Made by a program: the position numbers and the translations under genes. Positions 31,980-32,000 of a DNA stretch of 32,000 bases are shown piece by piece (position 1 is the first letter of the stretch; each line of letters starts with the position of its first letter). The stretch is from assembly GCF_000196555.1 (NCBI RefSeq), contig NC_015067.1, positions 1,440,001-1,472,000 on the forward strand. The letters run 5' to 3'. This stretch comes from Bifidobacterium longum subsp. longum JCM 1217 (GTDB lineage: Bacteria > Actinomycetota > Actinomycetes > Actinomycetales > Bifidobacteriaceae). The notes under the pieces are model-generated. The model was given only the letters and a program-made list of their open reading frames with translations. It did not search any database and was not told the DNA's origin.

Positions 31980-32000
31980 AGCTCCCTCTGACGAGGGAGC
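31980..32000 (+). terminator. repeat-family hairpin after the Nudix gene (cut by the window end)
   Basis: AGCTCCCTC-tgac-GAGGGAGC is near-identical to the hairpin at 31400-31423. Confidence 0.6.

Overview
High-GC actinobacterial chromosome segment. Gene content and hairpin-repeat style look Bifidobacterium-like, but that is inference because no search was run. About 90% of the window is tightly packed core genome. In order: nadA (runs off the left edge) with an NrtR-type Nudix regulator; the xerD-parA-scpA-scpB segregation cluster, interrupted by a fused MacB/FtsX-type ABC transporter; infC-rpmI-rplT; a disrupted spermidine-synthase-like gene; thiamine diphosphokinase; gap; ybaK; ispH; two tandem aldose-1-epimerase paralogs; a 24-codon bL37-like ribosomal protein gene too short for the 60-aa ORF track; an ECF sigma/Cys-rich anti-sigma pair; murE plus a FemAB-family transferase; smc; folC; pepP; a Nudix hydrolase. 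The only accessory-looking stretch is about 27.5-29.8 kb, between the divergent folC and pepP. It is GC-poorer, has about 1 kb with no convincing ORF, carries repeats, and holds one orphan AbiEi-like/DUF559-like gene. I found no convincing new multi-gene system, CRISPR array, tRNA/rRNA gene, or transposase/integrase other than xerD. Points worth a second look: (1) a palindromic GCTCCC(C)TC/GAGGG(G)AGC hairpin family that terminates many genes, with one copy translated inside scpA; (2) two lacO-like LacI-family operators with no cognate regulator in the window; (3) an NrtR operator candidate; (4) non-canonical infC initiation; (5) a frameshifted or deleted speE-like gene; (6) the low-GC spacer. 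The many long ORFs antisense to real genes are high-GC artefacts.
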